From: Octopus bimaculoides
Taxonomy: Eukaryota
Length of the DNA: 64,000 bases
Direction of reading: 5' to 3'
Assembly (NCBI RefSeq): GCF_001194135.2
Contig: NC_068995.1
Span: forward strand, 31,120,070 to 31,184,069
The notes below the pieces were generated by a model. It was not told the DNA's origin, did no database searches, and saw nothing but the letters and a program-made list of their open reading frames with translations. The position numbers and the translations under genes were made by a program. Shown one piece after another: positions 26,010 through 39,504 of the stretch. Numbering within the stretch: the stretch's first letter is position 1; each line of letters starts with the position of its first letter.

Positions 26010-26330
26010 TCATCATTTAACATGTTTTTCCATGCTGGCATGGGTTGAATGGCTTGACAGGAACTATCAAGGCCAGGGGTCACGCCAGGTTCCACAGTCT
26101 GTGTTGCTTTGGTTTCTATGACTGGGTGCCCTTTCTAACGCCAACCACTTTACAGAGTGTACTGGGTACTTTTTATGTGGCACCATCACCAGAGCTTTTC
26201 ACATGGCACTTTGGTTTTAGGATCTTGATTCTCTTGTGATGGGCGAGTCTTCTTGAGTACAGCAATGTGCCACATATCTCAGTCCTCTGTTGCTTCACTG
26301 TACTCAAGAAGACCACCCACTGCAACAGAG
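26010..26330 (-). mobile_element. Family C / RTE-tail element
   Basis: catcatcatttaaca..ttccatgctggcatgggttg..gggtgccctttctaacgccaaccac. Confidence 0.7.
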
Positions 26331-27254
26331 TTGAGACCCTAAAACCATATATATATAACGTTTTACAACAGAATGTCCTTTTCATTGCTAGTCCTTACTT
26401 GTTTTTCAAGTAAGGGATCTTCAAAGATGCAAACTCAGTGTATGATTTGTTGACAGTAAAAATGACAGCAGTGTCAATGCATGTAGCACATTGTTAGGCG
26501 GATATATATAAGCAATTACACACACATAGATCTTTCTATATACACATATATGATGGGCTTCTTTCAATTTCTGTCACTGATATAACTTTGATTGGCCTGG
26601 AGTTATATAATTTGTTTCTGAAAATGAAAACAAGTTGAGGAACTGTTTACCACGAATTTTCAGTTGCCATTTGAGAACAATTGCGACGATTTTTGGCACT
26701 GACTCCCAGCTTCATTGGACACTTGTCCAAGCTGGTGCAAAATGAGACTGAACCCAAAACTCTGTGGTTGGAAAATAAACTTCTTAACCACACAGCAATT
26801 CCTGCCTCCCCTCAACACACATAAAATAAGTGTATATAAAGAGCACTTGTTAAAACCATACTGAACCTAAATAAACTTCAAACATCATCCACCAATTAAT
26901 AAGAAAGACCTCTCAGACCTATTAACATTTAATGAAACAAAGGTTAAATAATTGACATAATGATATTTTAAACCACTTCATTGCTCTCTGACATTATTTA
27001 CAACCCTCACACCACTGAATATATAAAAACAGATACATATATATATATATATATATATATCTTTTACATATTTCACTCATTAGACTGTGGCCATACTGGG
27101 GAACTTCCTTCAAGAATTATAGTTGAACAAATCAACCCTAGTCATTATTTTTGTTTTAAACCTGGCACTTATTTGATCTATCTCTTTTTGGCAAAGTGCT
27201 ATGTTAATGGTATGTAAACACACCAATACTGATTGACAAGCGGTGATGGGGACA

Positions 27255-28460
27255 AAGATATATACATATATATATATACATATATACACACACACATATA
27301 TATACATACATATACATACATTCATATATACACACATTCAAATACATACACACACATATATGTATGCATATATATACACACATATACATATATATATATA
27401 CACATACACACATATACATATACACATACACGCATATACACATATACATATATATACATATATATACATATATATTCATATATATACATATATACATATA
27501 CACATACACGCATATACACATATACATATATATACATATATATACATATATATTCATATATATACATACATATACATATATATTCATATNNNNNNNNNNN
27601 NNNNNNNNNNNNNNNNNNNNNNNNNNNNNNNNNNNNNNNNNNNNNNNNNNNNNNNNNNNNNNNNNNNNNNNNNNNNNNNNNNNNNNNNNNNNNNNNNNNN
27701 NNNNNNNNNNNNNNNNNNNNNNNNNNNNNNNNNNNNNNNNNNNNNNNNNNNNNNNNNNNNNNNNNNNNNNNNNNNNNNNNNNNNNNNNNNNNNNNNNNNN
27801 NNNNNNNNNNNNNNNNNNNNNNNNNNNNNNNNNNNNNNNNNNNNNNNNNNNNNNNNNNNNNNNNNNNNNNNNNNNNNNNNNNNNNNNNNNNNNNNNNNNN
27901 NNNNNNNNNNNNNNNNNNNNNNNNNNNNNNNNNNNNNNNNNNNNNNNNNNNNNNNNNNNNNNNNNNNNNNNNNNNNNNNNNNNNNNNNNNNNNNNNNNNN
28001 NNNNNNNNNNNNNNNNNNNNNNNNNNNNNNNNNNNNNNNNNNNNNNNNNNNNTATATATATATATATTCATATATATACATACATATATATATATATATT
28101 CATATATATACATACATATATATATATATATTCATATATATACATACATATATATATATATATTCATATATATACATACATATATATATATATTCATATA
28201 TATACATACATATGTATATATATATTCATATATATACATACATATATATATACATACATATATACACACATATATATATACATACATATATACACACATA
28301 TATATATACATACACACATATATATATACATACACACATATATATATACATACATATATATATACACACATACATATATACACACACATATATATATATA
28401 TATTCATATATATATACATACATATATATATATTCATATATATACATATATATAGATAGA
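27255..28460. repeat. Compound (TA)/(CA) microsatellite spanning a gap
   Basis: Directly visible; source of the long Y/I/H/T pseudo-ORFs. Confidence 0.95.
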
Positions 28461-28645
28461 TACATACACACAGCAAATACTGGATGTCAATTTCACTTTT
28501 CATTACCACATGACGATAAAATTAACTCACAAATGGCTGAGTACTCCACAGACATGCATAACATTAACATAGTTCTCAGGGAGATTCAGCCTCACACAGA
28601 ATATGACAAGGCTGGCCGCTATGAATTACAACTACAATTCGAGAC

Positions 28646-28695
<50 letters not shown>

Positions 28696-28999
28696 GTGTG
28701 CACGTGTGTGTGTGTGTGTGTGTGTATAGTTTAGGTTAGTTAAAACATGTTTGCAATAATAAGTGTCGCATGGTGGAAATAAATCTAATTACCAAACTTT
28801 CATTCATAAATCCATTTATTATTTCATTCTTTTGCATTTCAATCTGTACATTAAGGTTCTTTGAATATGCACAATGTATTTTAAGGTTAAAACAGTTATT
28901 CCGTTTCTGTCTGTGTAACCAAGATATTTTGGTTGGGTTATATAGTCATTGGTGTTACATTACTTTCTATATTCTGTAACTGTCACAATATACTTTTCT

Positions 29000-29130
29000 A
29001 TGCCTGAATTTTTTGTGGAGAGGGGGCCAGTCGATTAGATCGACCCCAGTACATAACTGATACTTAATTTATTGACCCAGAGAGGACGAAAGGCAAAGTC
29101 GATCTGTGCAGAATTTGAACTCAGAACGTA
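29000..29130 (-). mobile_element. SINE family B, relatively young
   Basis: gtcgattagatcgaccccagt..aaaggcaaagtcga..gaatttgaactcagaacgtaaagacagacg. Confidence 0.8.
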
Positions 29131-29959
29131 AAGACAGACGGTAATAATATATAAACATTTCTCATGGCACCAGTACACTTTACAGATTCTTACATTTTTT
29201 TGTTTTCTGTAAATTTTTCACGGGTCTAGCTAGTATATATAATTACATCAATAATAAATATACATGTAAAGCGGAAGATTCACCAATATTCTAGAAAAAG
29301 AGGTAAAGATAAAGAATTCATTGATATGCCTCCAAAACATGTTACATAACAATACTCTTTCAAAGACATGACAAAATGTGGTTTCAACTCGGATAGAACT
29401 GATAGAGATTCTAACTACCATAAATGATTGACTGGCTGGTATTTGTGCTGTTCCTCTACATTATTGTTGTGTGTTTAGTGAGGTTATAAACATTCTAAGG
29501 TACTTCATTGATGAATTATTAAAGTACGGGACAAAATGTCTTGTACTTATTCTGTTTCTTTACGTTCTGAGCTCATCTGTGACAACAACATTTGTATCAA
29601 GCTGTATTGGTGCTTACCTTTCATTTGGATGACATTAGTGGCATGGAGAGAAAGGAGACTTGCTGCATGGACAATTGTTGGTCTTTAACAAACCTTGTCC
29701 AGGTCTGTGGTCCAGAAAGGAACTTTCTAGATGCAGATAAATAATCAACTCTAAGTAACACAGATATACTTTTTGGTTTCTTGGACATAATTCAAAATAT
29801 CAAAACTTTCAGCAATGATTCTTGAAATTTCAACTTAAGATACAACTTTTCAAAAGGAAACTTTTCTAGTTGATCATGTAGGAATAATGAAATTTATATT
29901 CAGTGAGATATATCTTAACATCATTGAGTTTTTTCAGAGCATGCACTCTTTTTAGGGAA

Positions 29960-31560
29960 GCTTCATGTATCTAAGCAGTCCTCTTTTTAGGAGAATGCTG
30001 CTTACTCTGTTAAGGAAGAGATCTAGAAAGGTGATCTAAAAAACCCTCTATTCACTTAATGCTGGTCAGCAGCCTGCAGTTGATGGCAGCTCATTAAAGA
30101 GGATGAATAATTATTTTATATGAAAAAGCCTAAGATGCTATTTGGTTCATGGAATGTGTAAAACCTGTTGGATTTATAGAAATCCACTAACCCTGAATGA
30201 AGAACAGCAATAGTAACTCAAGTGCTAGGAAAGGTATACCTCAATTGATAATGGTGTGAAGCAAAGAAACATACTCCTATACTTTTCTCCATCTATTTGG
30301 CTGTTGCTATTGCTTATGCCTTTCAAGAATACACTGTTGGTGTTTAAGGCTCTGAACCTCTAGTAAAGTATTTTTTCTGAATTGGTTAAGATTCAAATCT
30401 AAAGGTTTTGGAGGAGCTTTTGGGTCAATTGCCATATGCTGATGATGTCAACTTGGTGGTTCATTCAGAACCAGATAGGTAATTGTTAATGGACTGAGTT
30501 TGAACTCACTTTTATTCTAGCAAAGATTAAAATAATGTCACACCACCTGGAGAAGCTTATGTGTGGCCTAAGTTCAGGATAAATGGAAGATGGTTGGAAG
30601 TCATCGAGAGTTTTGTATATCTTAGATCCTTAATATGATCTGATGGACCTTTAGATGATGAAATTCATCAAAGGAATGCAAAAGCAATCACTGCTTTCAG
30701 CTATCTTGAAATATGAATGTGGAAGGATAAAGGAATTACTTTTGCCACAAAGCTTTCTATCTATGAGAGTTGCTTTAAGCTGTCTTCTGTATGCTTCAGA
30801 AACATGAGCCATTACATGGTATCACTTGAAAGATTCCATCAAAACTGTTTAAGGCACAAACTAATGATAAAATGGCAGATAAAAACCCTAGACATGATTG
30901 TTCTGGAAAACACCAATATGCCCAGCATTGAAAAAAAGTCATTATTTTGAATGAAATGTGCTAGTCAGATCATCTAATTAGGATGGATGAGACAAGGATT
31001 CTTAAGCAATTACTTTATGATGAACTAACATTAAATAAACACCTGCAATATAAACCCCGGAAGAGATATAAAGATGTGATAAAGGTAAACACTTGCATTG
31101 GACAAAAAGTGGCTTGGTACAATCAGCAAAAGTTGTGAAACATTCGAATAGAACAAAAGTCAAGATGTAAAAATAAAAGACTATTTGAAAGCATGAACAT
31201 CTGCCAAGTGATTTTGAAAGAGGATTCATGGTTGTTCTCTGTAACCACCAATTCTTATCAACTGCTGGATTAGTTAGCTATGAACAGTCACATGGCAGGG
31301 GACAAAAATCAAGACTCATATAAGAACATACTCCCTCCAAGACCAAAACAAAGTACATCCATTTTGTGACTCGGTTTGTAGGTCTACGAGAAGTCTAAAG
31401 AGGCATATAAAAATATATGAAAATGTACCTGCAGAGCTGGTCAAAAACCCATCACAGAGTCACCATACTTGCAGGGAAGTATACAAAGCAGAAGCTGCCG
31501 TTTGTGCAAGCATGATCATACAGAATTTAGAGACAGAAATTTAAACAGAGATGTCCTCTT
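29960..31560 (+). mobile_element. Decayed, internally deleted RTE LINE (APE start, RT, C-terminal zinc-finger-like region)
   Basis: MLFGSWN (APE start), gctgatgatgtc (ADD of RT), LEVIESFVYLRS, WKDKGITFATKLSIY, RFHQNCLR, HPFCDSVCRSTRSLKRH; many disruptions. Confidence 0.8.
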
Positions 31561-32689
31561 CAGTCAATAAGCAGCAATCACCACACACACACAAACAAGA
31601 ACAATGTAAGTGTATATATACATAATATACATATAAAACTGTTGACAGTATGTATACACAGCAAATAGTGTGAGAGTATATAATACATGTACGTATAAAG
31701 TGTGAGTGTATATATATAATATACATAGAAAATTGGTATTTATATGCAGTAACACATACGTATATGTTCTACTATAAATACACTTTGTGTTTAATCCAAT
31801 GAAGGCTGTTTTTTTTTTGTTTTTTTTAAAGAATACTGGAGTTTGTTAATGGAATGAGTTACTCCTTTCACATCCAAGGAGAACAAAGAAAATCGCTGTC
31901 CCCCTGCTATATGCCATCATATAGGGACTAAGTTTCTATTTCATACTACAGTATAGTTATACAGATCACACTTTGGCTTCCCAAACTTTCTGCATCAAGG
32001 AAGAGCCATTTTCAGTCATCAGTGACCTGGTCATTGGCATGGTTCCACAGCAAACCTGTGCCAGTCACCACCAGGTCATGGTAGTATAATGGAAAGTTTG
32101 ACATGTCACAAAATAGATGAAAATTGAATTAAACAAGATTTCTGTGTTTTTTAAATGGTTAAAATAGAATTACTTCAATTTTGACACACAACCTCAGTTA
32201 TTTGCAAGACAAACAAGTTACATCTCCAATGTTACAATATTTTTTTTAATGATTCATAAAAACCTGAAGGCGGACATAGGGAAGTGGTGGTGACATCTTT
32301 CTAGAGAATATCATAGCATAGAAAATAATCTGCTTCTAGATTTTTCTGAATTGTTTTTAGTTACAATTAACTGTAATTGAAAATTCTCCTCTGCCAATCC
32401 TTTTATTGTCATTGACTATCACTTCCTGAATAGAAGTATTTATTTCTGGTGGTCACTCAATGATGTATTTCATGGCAACTACCACTTCAGTGTTACTGCT
32501 TAGGTGAGGCTTCTTCACTACATTTAAAGATATTCAAATAGAAAGGAGAAGACAGAATCTAAGCTGACATTTCACTCAGAATTGGTTGTCTTTTTGTTAT
32601 TGATATACATTTTATTGTCTTTGTTTGCCATATGTGAGTAAAATAAGTAATAGCAGAAAGGAATGAATTAATATAAAAATAGTGGAAGA

Positions 32690-32890
32690 GTTGCAAGAGC
32701 AGGCAGAACCTTAGCAATATTTCATCTGTCTGCATATTCTGAGTTCAAATTCCACTGAAGTTGACTTCACCTTTCATCCGCTTGTGGGGTTGATAAAATA
32801 AGTACCAGTTGAGCTCTGAACTCAACTGGTAATCAACTTAACCTCTCCCCAAAAATGCTGGTCTTGCACCAGAATATGAAACCAATATTA
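32690..32890 (+). mobile_element. SINE family B
   Basis: ttctgagttcaaattccactgaagttgacttcacctttcatcc. Confidence 0.75.
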
Positions 32891-32929
32891 AAATAGCAGA
32901 TAATAAATAATAATTTCTTTATTAGCAAC

Positions 32930-33385
32930 AAGGGAGCAAAGCAAACAAGGGCAGTATGAAGGGACAAAGTAGAGACATAGTGGGTGAGGTTTACATGCAA
33001 AAAAAAGAAATAACAAAAACAAAATTCCTCAATGGGGGAGGGGTGGACACTATCAAGGGCTACTTGAGGAAAACCCCACAAAACTTGGATCACCCTAAAC
33101 ATGAAGGCAGGTGCCCTCTCTCAGACATTATCTTCCTACATGCAGGCATTTGTGCAGAGCAGTCTGTTTACTCAAACTAGTTTTACTAATCTGACTCAGT
33201 TTTCAAAGAATTTACAGGGTAGGGATGCTTTCCTCCCCACCCTCGCTTTCAGGTGAAATTTGGAAAAGTTGATGAGAGTTTGGCTGAGAAGAAGGTGCTA
33301 GTTTGCAGTCCTTTCAACCTTGACTACCACACCACCTCTTTCACCATAGCCACCATACAGAGAAAAACTGCCTTTGCTTCTCAGG
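32930..33385 (-). mobile_element. Tx1/L1-like LINE 3' fragment
   Basis: Minus-strand VAMVKEVVW*SRLKGLQTSTFF, homologous to 40700-41165. Confidence 0.55.
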
Positions 33386-33419
33386 CGGCGGAAAGAAGGT
33401 GTGAGATGATTCTCACAAT

Positions 33420-33542
33420 GGATTTCTTGATGGGTATTTTATCAACTCCAAAAGGATGAAAGGGAAAGTTGACCTTGGCAGGATTTGAACTCAGAATGTA
33501 AAAACCCAGAAGAAATGCTGCTAATGATTCAGTCAGTGTGCC

Positions 33543-33599
<57 letters not shown>

Positions 33600-34085
33600 G
33601 AAGATAGATGAGTTCTTAACTTTTGTATACGATTGCCAAATTCCATCACTAAGGTGCTTCTAGATTTTATCCAGCAAGCTAACAATTCTGCCAGCATGTC
33701 ACCTTAATAACCCTTTCTACTAAAGGCACAAGGCCTGAAATTTTTGGGGAGGGGACTGGCCAATTACATCGACCCCAGTGTTTCACTGGTACTTAATTTA
33801 TTGAGCTCCAAAAGGATGAAAGGCAAAGTTGACCTCGGCGGAATTTGAACTCAGAATGTAGTGACAAACAAAATACCGCTAAGTATTTTGCCTGGCATGC
33901 TAACGATTCTGTCATCTTGTCGCCTTAATAATAATGATGAATTTGAATTTTGGCACAAAGCCAGCAATTTTCGGGGAGAGGATAAGTTGATTACTTCAAC
34001 CCCAATGCTCAACTGGTACTCATTTTATCAACTCCGAAAGGATAAAAGACAAAGTTGACATTATTGGAATTTGAACTTAGAATGC
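33420..34085 (-). mobile_element. Tandem of three SINE family B copies with (AAT)n spacers
   Basis: B cores at ~33460, 33815 and 34040; long (AAT)n at 33544-33598. Confidence 0.85.
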
Positions 34086-34314
34086 TAATAACAACAACAA
34101 CAACAACCATTTACATTAAATTTTGTCCAAAAATATTGCTCAACTAGATCTAGCTTATAAGACTGATCTGAAGTCAAATCTCCCTGAGAGTGAAACGGTA
34201 AAATTTGGAAGTTTTATGAAAATTGGGAAAGTGAAAGTGGAGAAAGCAAATTTATGAAACTATAGAGAGGGAAGATTTAGTTTTGGTTAAGAGTATAAAC
34301 TATTCATAAGCACA

Positions 34315-34445
34315 GGCATGGCTGTGTGGTAAGAAACTCGTTTCCCAACCACATGGTCTCAGGTTCAGTCCCACTGAGTGTAACCTTGGGCAAGTTTCTT
34401 CTACTTACAGTGGATTTGGCAGACAGAAACTGAAAGAAGCCCATC

Positions 34446-34482
<37 letters not shown>

Positions 34483-34680
34483 CGTGCATCTGTCTCCCAC
34501 CACAGCTTGACAATCAGTGTTGGTGTGTTTATGTTCCTGTAACTTAGTGGTTTGGCAAAGGAATAAGAATAAGTACCAGGGTTAGCAAAAAAAATAAAAT
34601 AAGTCCTGGGGTCGATTCATCTAACTAAAAGTTTGTCAAGGCAGTGCCCCAGAATGGCTGAAACAAGTAAAAGACAAAAG
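34315..34680 (+). mobile_element. SINE family A, full length
   Basis: Homology to 965-1342. Confidence 0.85.
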
Positions 34681-34904
34681 AGTTTATTAAACTTGTACAT
34701 GTTATGTGATAACCATTTAGATATTCATAAGTTTGTTAAGTTTCAGAGATAGTATTTTCTAAGGTGCAGTTTGTTAAGTCATTTATTACCATGTAGTAAC
34801 TATTTAGGTGGATTCTATATTACTAAGTGGATGTTGAGTTCCTTAAGTCAACTGTGTTGTTTGAGGACCATTGGAAATTTTATTATTATTTTTCATCATA
34901 TATT

Positions 34905-35300
34905 TTTTACTTGTTTCAGTCATTAGACTGCAGCCATGGTAGCCTTGAAGCATTTTAGTCAAACTTATCGACCTCAGTACTTGCATATTTTTTCTTTGTA
35001 AAGCCTGGTTCTTATTCTATTGGTTTCTGTTGTTGAATTGCTAAGTTATGGGGGATGTAAACACACCAACATCGGTTGTCAAGTGGTGGTTGTGAACAAA
35101 CACATACACAAATCACAAACGCACACATATATATATATTTAACAGGCTTTTTTTGGTTTTCGTCTACAAAACCCACTCACAAGGCTTTGGTGAGCCTGAT
35201 GCAATAGTAGAAGACACTTGCCCAAGATGCCACACAGTGGGACTGAACCTGGAGATATGTAGTTGGGAAACATGCTTCTTACCACACAGTCATGCCCATG
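34905..35300 (-). mobile_element. SINE family A, full length, inverted relative to 34315-34680
   Basis: Reverse-complement homology. Confidence 0.85.
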
Positions 35301-35490
35301 CCTATATGTAAAAATCATCTTGGTGGAGTTTAGTTTTTTTTTCTCACTCCAAGCTAAATACATATTGGAAGGAGCAAACTAAAGAAACCACTTGTTAAGT
35401 TTAGAATAGTAACTGGTTGGTGCAGTGAGATGTTGCAACACTGTGTCCGGTTTCTCTACCAATTTTCAATAAGGTATACTTAAAAGTTAA

Positions 35491-35680
35491 CCTTCTGGAC
35501 ACCAACCTGTCCGAGATTCTTCTGGTTCTATGAAAATCAAAATCTTCCATCAAAATTGCATGTCAATTTATGTACCAAACACCAGCTAAATAGTGACCAA
35601 GTTATATTACAAAACCATTAGTTACAAAATTAAGTGAAATAAAGGCAGTATATTTCAACAGGTATATGGTAACAGAAGGG
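35491..35680. mobile_element. Small piggyBac-like MITE
   Basis: ttaa|ccttctggacacc ... ggtaacagaaggg|ttaa. Confidence 0.55.
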
Positions 35681-35889
35681 TTAAGTGTCTTGACCAAGAA
35701 CACTGTGTCAATGATAAGATTTGAACCTCAAAAAATCTTTTCACTTGCTATCCACTGCCCTGTCTATTCAGCTAATTTAACTGAAGGCAAAAAATCTACA
35801 GATTTAATTTATAATTAAATCAGGATTATTAAATGTAGGTCTTTCTCTCTCACTATATATATATATATATATATCTCGAGATCGTATTT

Positions 35890-36212
35890 TCGAGCGAGAT
35901 CGATTTTCGAGCGAGATCGTTGCCAGTGCCCCTGGACTGGCTCTTGTGCGGGTGGCACATAAAAGACACCATTTTGAGCGTGGCCGTTGCCAGTACCGCC
36001 TGACTGGCCCTCGTGCGGGTGACACGTAAAAGCACCCACTACACTCTCTGAGTGGTTGGCATTAGGAAGGGCATCCAGCTGTAGAAACTCTGCCAAATTA
36101 GATTGGAGCCTGGTGTTGCCATCCGGTTTCACCAGTCCTCAGTCAAATCATCCAAGCCATGCTAGCATGGAAAGCGGACGTTAAACGATGATGATGATGA
36201 TGATGATGATGA
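35890..36212 (+). mobile_element. Family C, young copy with a duplicated 5' junction
   Basis: Near-identical to 5183-5480; attttcgagcgagatcg occurs twice at the 5' end. Confidence 0.9.
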
Positions 36213-36334
36213 TATACATACATAGAGAGAGAGAGAGATCAGTATTGCTCCTCATATATTAAATATGTGGGTATGTATATATATAAAAGCAAGATACTAA
36301 CGTTGACACAATAAATGTATGGGTGTGTATAGAC

Positions 36335-36664
36335 CTGGGCTGGCCAACCTGAGGCTCGCGGGCCACATGTGGCCCGCAGACTTTCATCTTGCGGCCTGCT
36401 TGATACTTTCTTGAAATGGGTTTATTTAAACAAACATTTTAAAAGTTTTATGAAAAATTAAAGATTGGAATGAAAAGTAAAAAAGAAAGATTTCTACTGA
36501 TTTTGCAATGATAATATTTCATGTTGAATCAACGATCATTCAGGCATTAGTGTAATAATAGCATGAGAAAGCAAAATGCTTTCAATTTTGTCAGTATACA
36601 AGTGGCCCTCAAAAATCTTTATTTTTAAAGTGGCCCGCAATGTAATTTGAGTTGGCCAGTCCTG
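36335..36664. mobile_element. hAT (Charlie-like) MITE with perfect 8-bp TSD
   Basis: TSD gtatagac at 36327-36334 and 36665-36672; TIRs ctgggctggccaac / gttggccagtcctg; internal gtggccc motifs. Confidence 0.92.
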
Positions 36665-37014
36665 GTATAGACAGACAGGATTGGATATTCTATTAGTCTC
36701 ACTTGCTGAACCAGTAAATTGTGGGGATAAACACACATACAATAGGCTTCCACTTAGTTTCTATTAACTAACTTTCACTTGTAAGGCATTGGTTGACCTG
36801 GGGCTAGAAGACATTTACCCAAAGTGCTGCATAGTAGTACTGAACCTGAAACTACGTGATGATTGCAAAGTGAATCTCTTAACTGTACAGCCATGAATAG
36901 ATCTCTGGCCAACAACTTACACACACAGAGGTAGAAGTGTTCTGTAAGGTTTCTGTACAGTTCCCATTTACCACATTTCAGTGACAAAGCCACAGTCAAC
37001 CTGAAGTTAAAAAT

Positions 37015-37180
37015 TAATGGCTGTGGTGTAAGAAGCTTGCTTACCAACCACATGGTTCCAGGTTCAGTCCCACTGTGTGGCACCTTGGGCAAGTAAGTGT
37101 CTTCTACTATAAACTCAGGCCGACCAAAGCCTTGTGAGTGGATTTGGTTGATGGAAACTGAAAGAAGCCCATCGTGTATA

Positions 37181-37218
<38 letters not shown>

Positions 37219-37385
37219 TATGTGTGTGTGTGTGTGTCTTTATGTCTCCACCACCACCACTGCTTGACAACTGGTGTTAGTGTGTTCATGTCCCCATAAC
37301 TTAGCAATTCAGCAAAAGAAACCAATAGAATAAGTACCAGGCTTCAAAAAAAAAAATACTGGCGTCAGTTCATTCAACTACAAAT
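37015..37385 (+). mobile_element. SINE family A; an opposite-strand decayed copy lies at ~36680-36900
   Basis: Near-consensus family A sequence. Confidence 0.88.
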
Positions 37386-37409
37386 TCCAGTAAAAAGATA
37401 AAATAATAA

Positions 37410-37765
37410 TAACAAGAGCACTCGGAGAGTGCAAATCTCCGCCAAGGCAACACTGACATCCTCTCAATGATTAACAGGAGATGATTTTTAAAATGCGAAT
37501 ATCTGAAATAAACTCGACTGCTCTCACAAATGGGAATACTAAAAGTGAACCTGGCCGCTCTCAAAAATTAAGTAAAAAAAACAGGAAAAATAATCTAGAA
37601 TCCTTGTCTGGTACCAGATTGGTCCTAAAATCTAATCAGTTTGTGCTAGTCACAAGGCTAAACGTCCCTGAAAGTTTCATCCAAATCCATCCAGTGGTTC
37701 TTGAGATATCATACAAACAAACATGACTGATAACAATACTGCCACCTTCGCTAAGGCAGAGGTAA
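37410..37765 (+). mobile_element. ccgccaagg-family non-autonomous element
   Basis: aacaagagcactcggagagtgcaaatctccgccaaggc ... ccttcgctaaggcagaggtaataat. Confidence 0.8.
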
Positions 37766-37857
37766 TAATGATGAACTTATTGTATACGATGCTCAGGTGC
37801 ACTACAGCTCAGTAGTACATAGAATATGCACAAGAAGTGAACAGTGGATAAGTCTTC

Positions 37858-37888
<31 letters not shown>

Positions 37889-38527
37889 AAGTTATAGAAC
37901 AAGTGCACAAGATCAAATTCCACCATAGAGCTGTGAAACAAATAGACCAGGATATGAAATTACTGTAATATTTCTGATGAAATAGTTGAAGTTTTTAGTT
38001 GATGGCAGACAAATTACTCTATCTCTTAAAAAAACTGTTGGAATTTTGACAGGATCCAAACCTCTTTAGTTCGGTAACTAATAGGAGGGCTGCAAGCTGT
38101 TGAGTGGTTCCTAAAAGTGCTTTGTACCATTTAATCTGGTGATATAATTGTTTTTGTCCCTGTGAACTCAATTAACTGTGTGTGAGAGAGCTTGTGTGCA
38201 TATGTGTGTTGTGAGTGTGTGTGTGTGTGTGTGGTGTGTGTTGCATGTGTTATATTTGTGTTGTGTGCATGTGTGTGAGTGATGTACTTGTGTATGTCTG
38301 TCTTGTATGTGTGTGTATGTGTGAAACAGAGTGTGTTTGCATGTGTGTGTGTGTGTGTGTGTGTGTGCGTATGTGTACATGAGTGTGTTTGTGTGACAGA
38401 GACTGAATGTGTGTATGCATACAAGAGTATGTATGTATATGTATGTGTGTGAGAGAAAGACAAAAGAGAGACATGTTTTAAACAGATTTGTGAACCATCA
38501 GAGAGCTGTTTCAAAGCTGTCATTTAA

Positions 38528-39076
38528 CCCTTTAGCAAACAGATTACTGTGTTAAATTGCTTATTTATACACATGGTTTTAAATTAATCATGCATTATCT
38601 TGTAGCTTCAAGATTTTAATGATGTGATAGCTTACTTTTAGAATGACATTGTAAGGTAGGTGTGAGAGGCTGGATCTGGCCAGTTTGAACATAAAACAAG
38701 TAGAAAATTTAGGTGGGATATGGTTGTTTTGAAGACATGGCTTATTGGTTAGGGTATTTGGCTCATGATTGCAAGGTCATGAGTTTGATTCCCTGTGACA
38801 CATTGTGTCCTTGGGCAAGACACTTTATTTCATGTTGCTGCAATCAACTCAGCTGGCAAAAATGAGTAGTACCTGTATTTCAAAGGGCCAGCCTTGTCAC
38901 ACTCTGTGTCACGTTGAATCTATCTGAGAACTACATTAAGGGTACACATGTCCGTGGAGTGCTCAACCACATGTATGTTAATTTCACAAGCAGGCTGTTC
39001 CGTTGATCAGATCAACTGGAACCCTCATTGTCATAACTGACGGAATGCCAGTTCGGTTGCTTTGAATGTTAAAGGA
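38528..39076. mobile_element. piggyBac-like MITE with TTAA TSD and a nested tRNA SINE (family D, ~38742-39050)
   Basis: ttaa|ccctttagca ... tgttaaagga|ttaa; the nested SINE has a tRNA-like head followed by tgtgtccttgggcaagacacttt. Confidence 0.75.
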
Positions 39077-39504
39077 TTAAATTCAAAGTCATAGATATTA
39101 CAACTTCCTGTAAACATTACATCCACATACACACATTACATTTAAAGTGCAAGTTAATGCAAGAAAATGATAGCACACAAAAAAAGCATGTTATTGAGCA
39201 TAGTAACTTGATGATGATGAAGAACATGAAGAAAGAAATAAAAACAACAGTTAGATGATGAAGAAGAGGTATAAAAACTAGGTTTTTCAGAATTTCATTT
39301 CATGGTTGATGTAACGCAGTGTAACAAGTAAAACCTCCATACTTTCTTCCTCTTTTACAATTTCATCTGTACATTGTACTTATAACAGTAACTCTATGAT
39401 ATTTCTTCAATTCTAAAGACATTCATCAAAGAATAAGCAGCATTAAGCCATGTCTACTTTCCATCATCATCATCGTCATTATTATTATTACTATTATTGT
39501 TGTT

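Noticed and set aside
27204-28739. ORFs of 400-500 aa rich in Y/I/H/T
   Set aside because: Translations of (TA)/(CA) microsatellite and N gaps.
38742-38810. tRNA genes
   Set aside because: All tRNA-like heads seen continue into SINE bodies and lack an intact cloverleaf.
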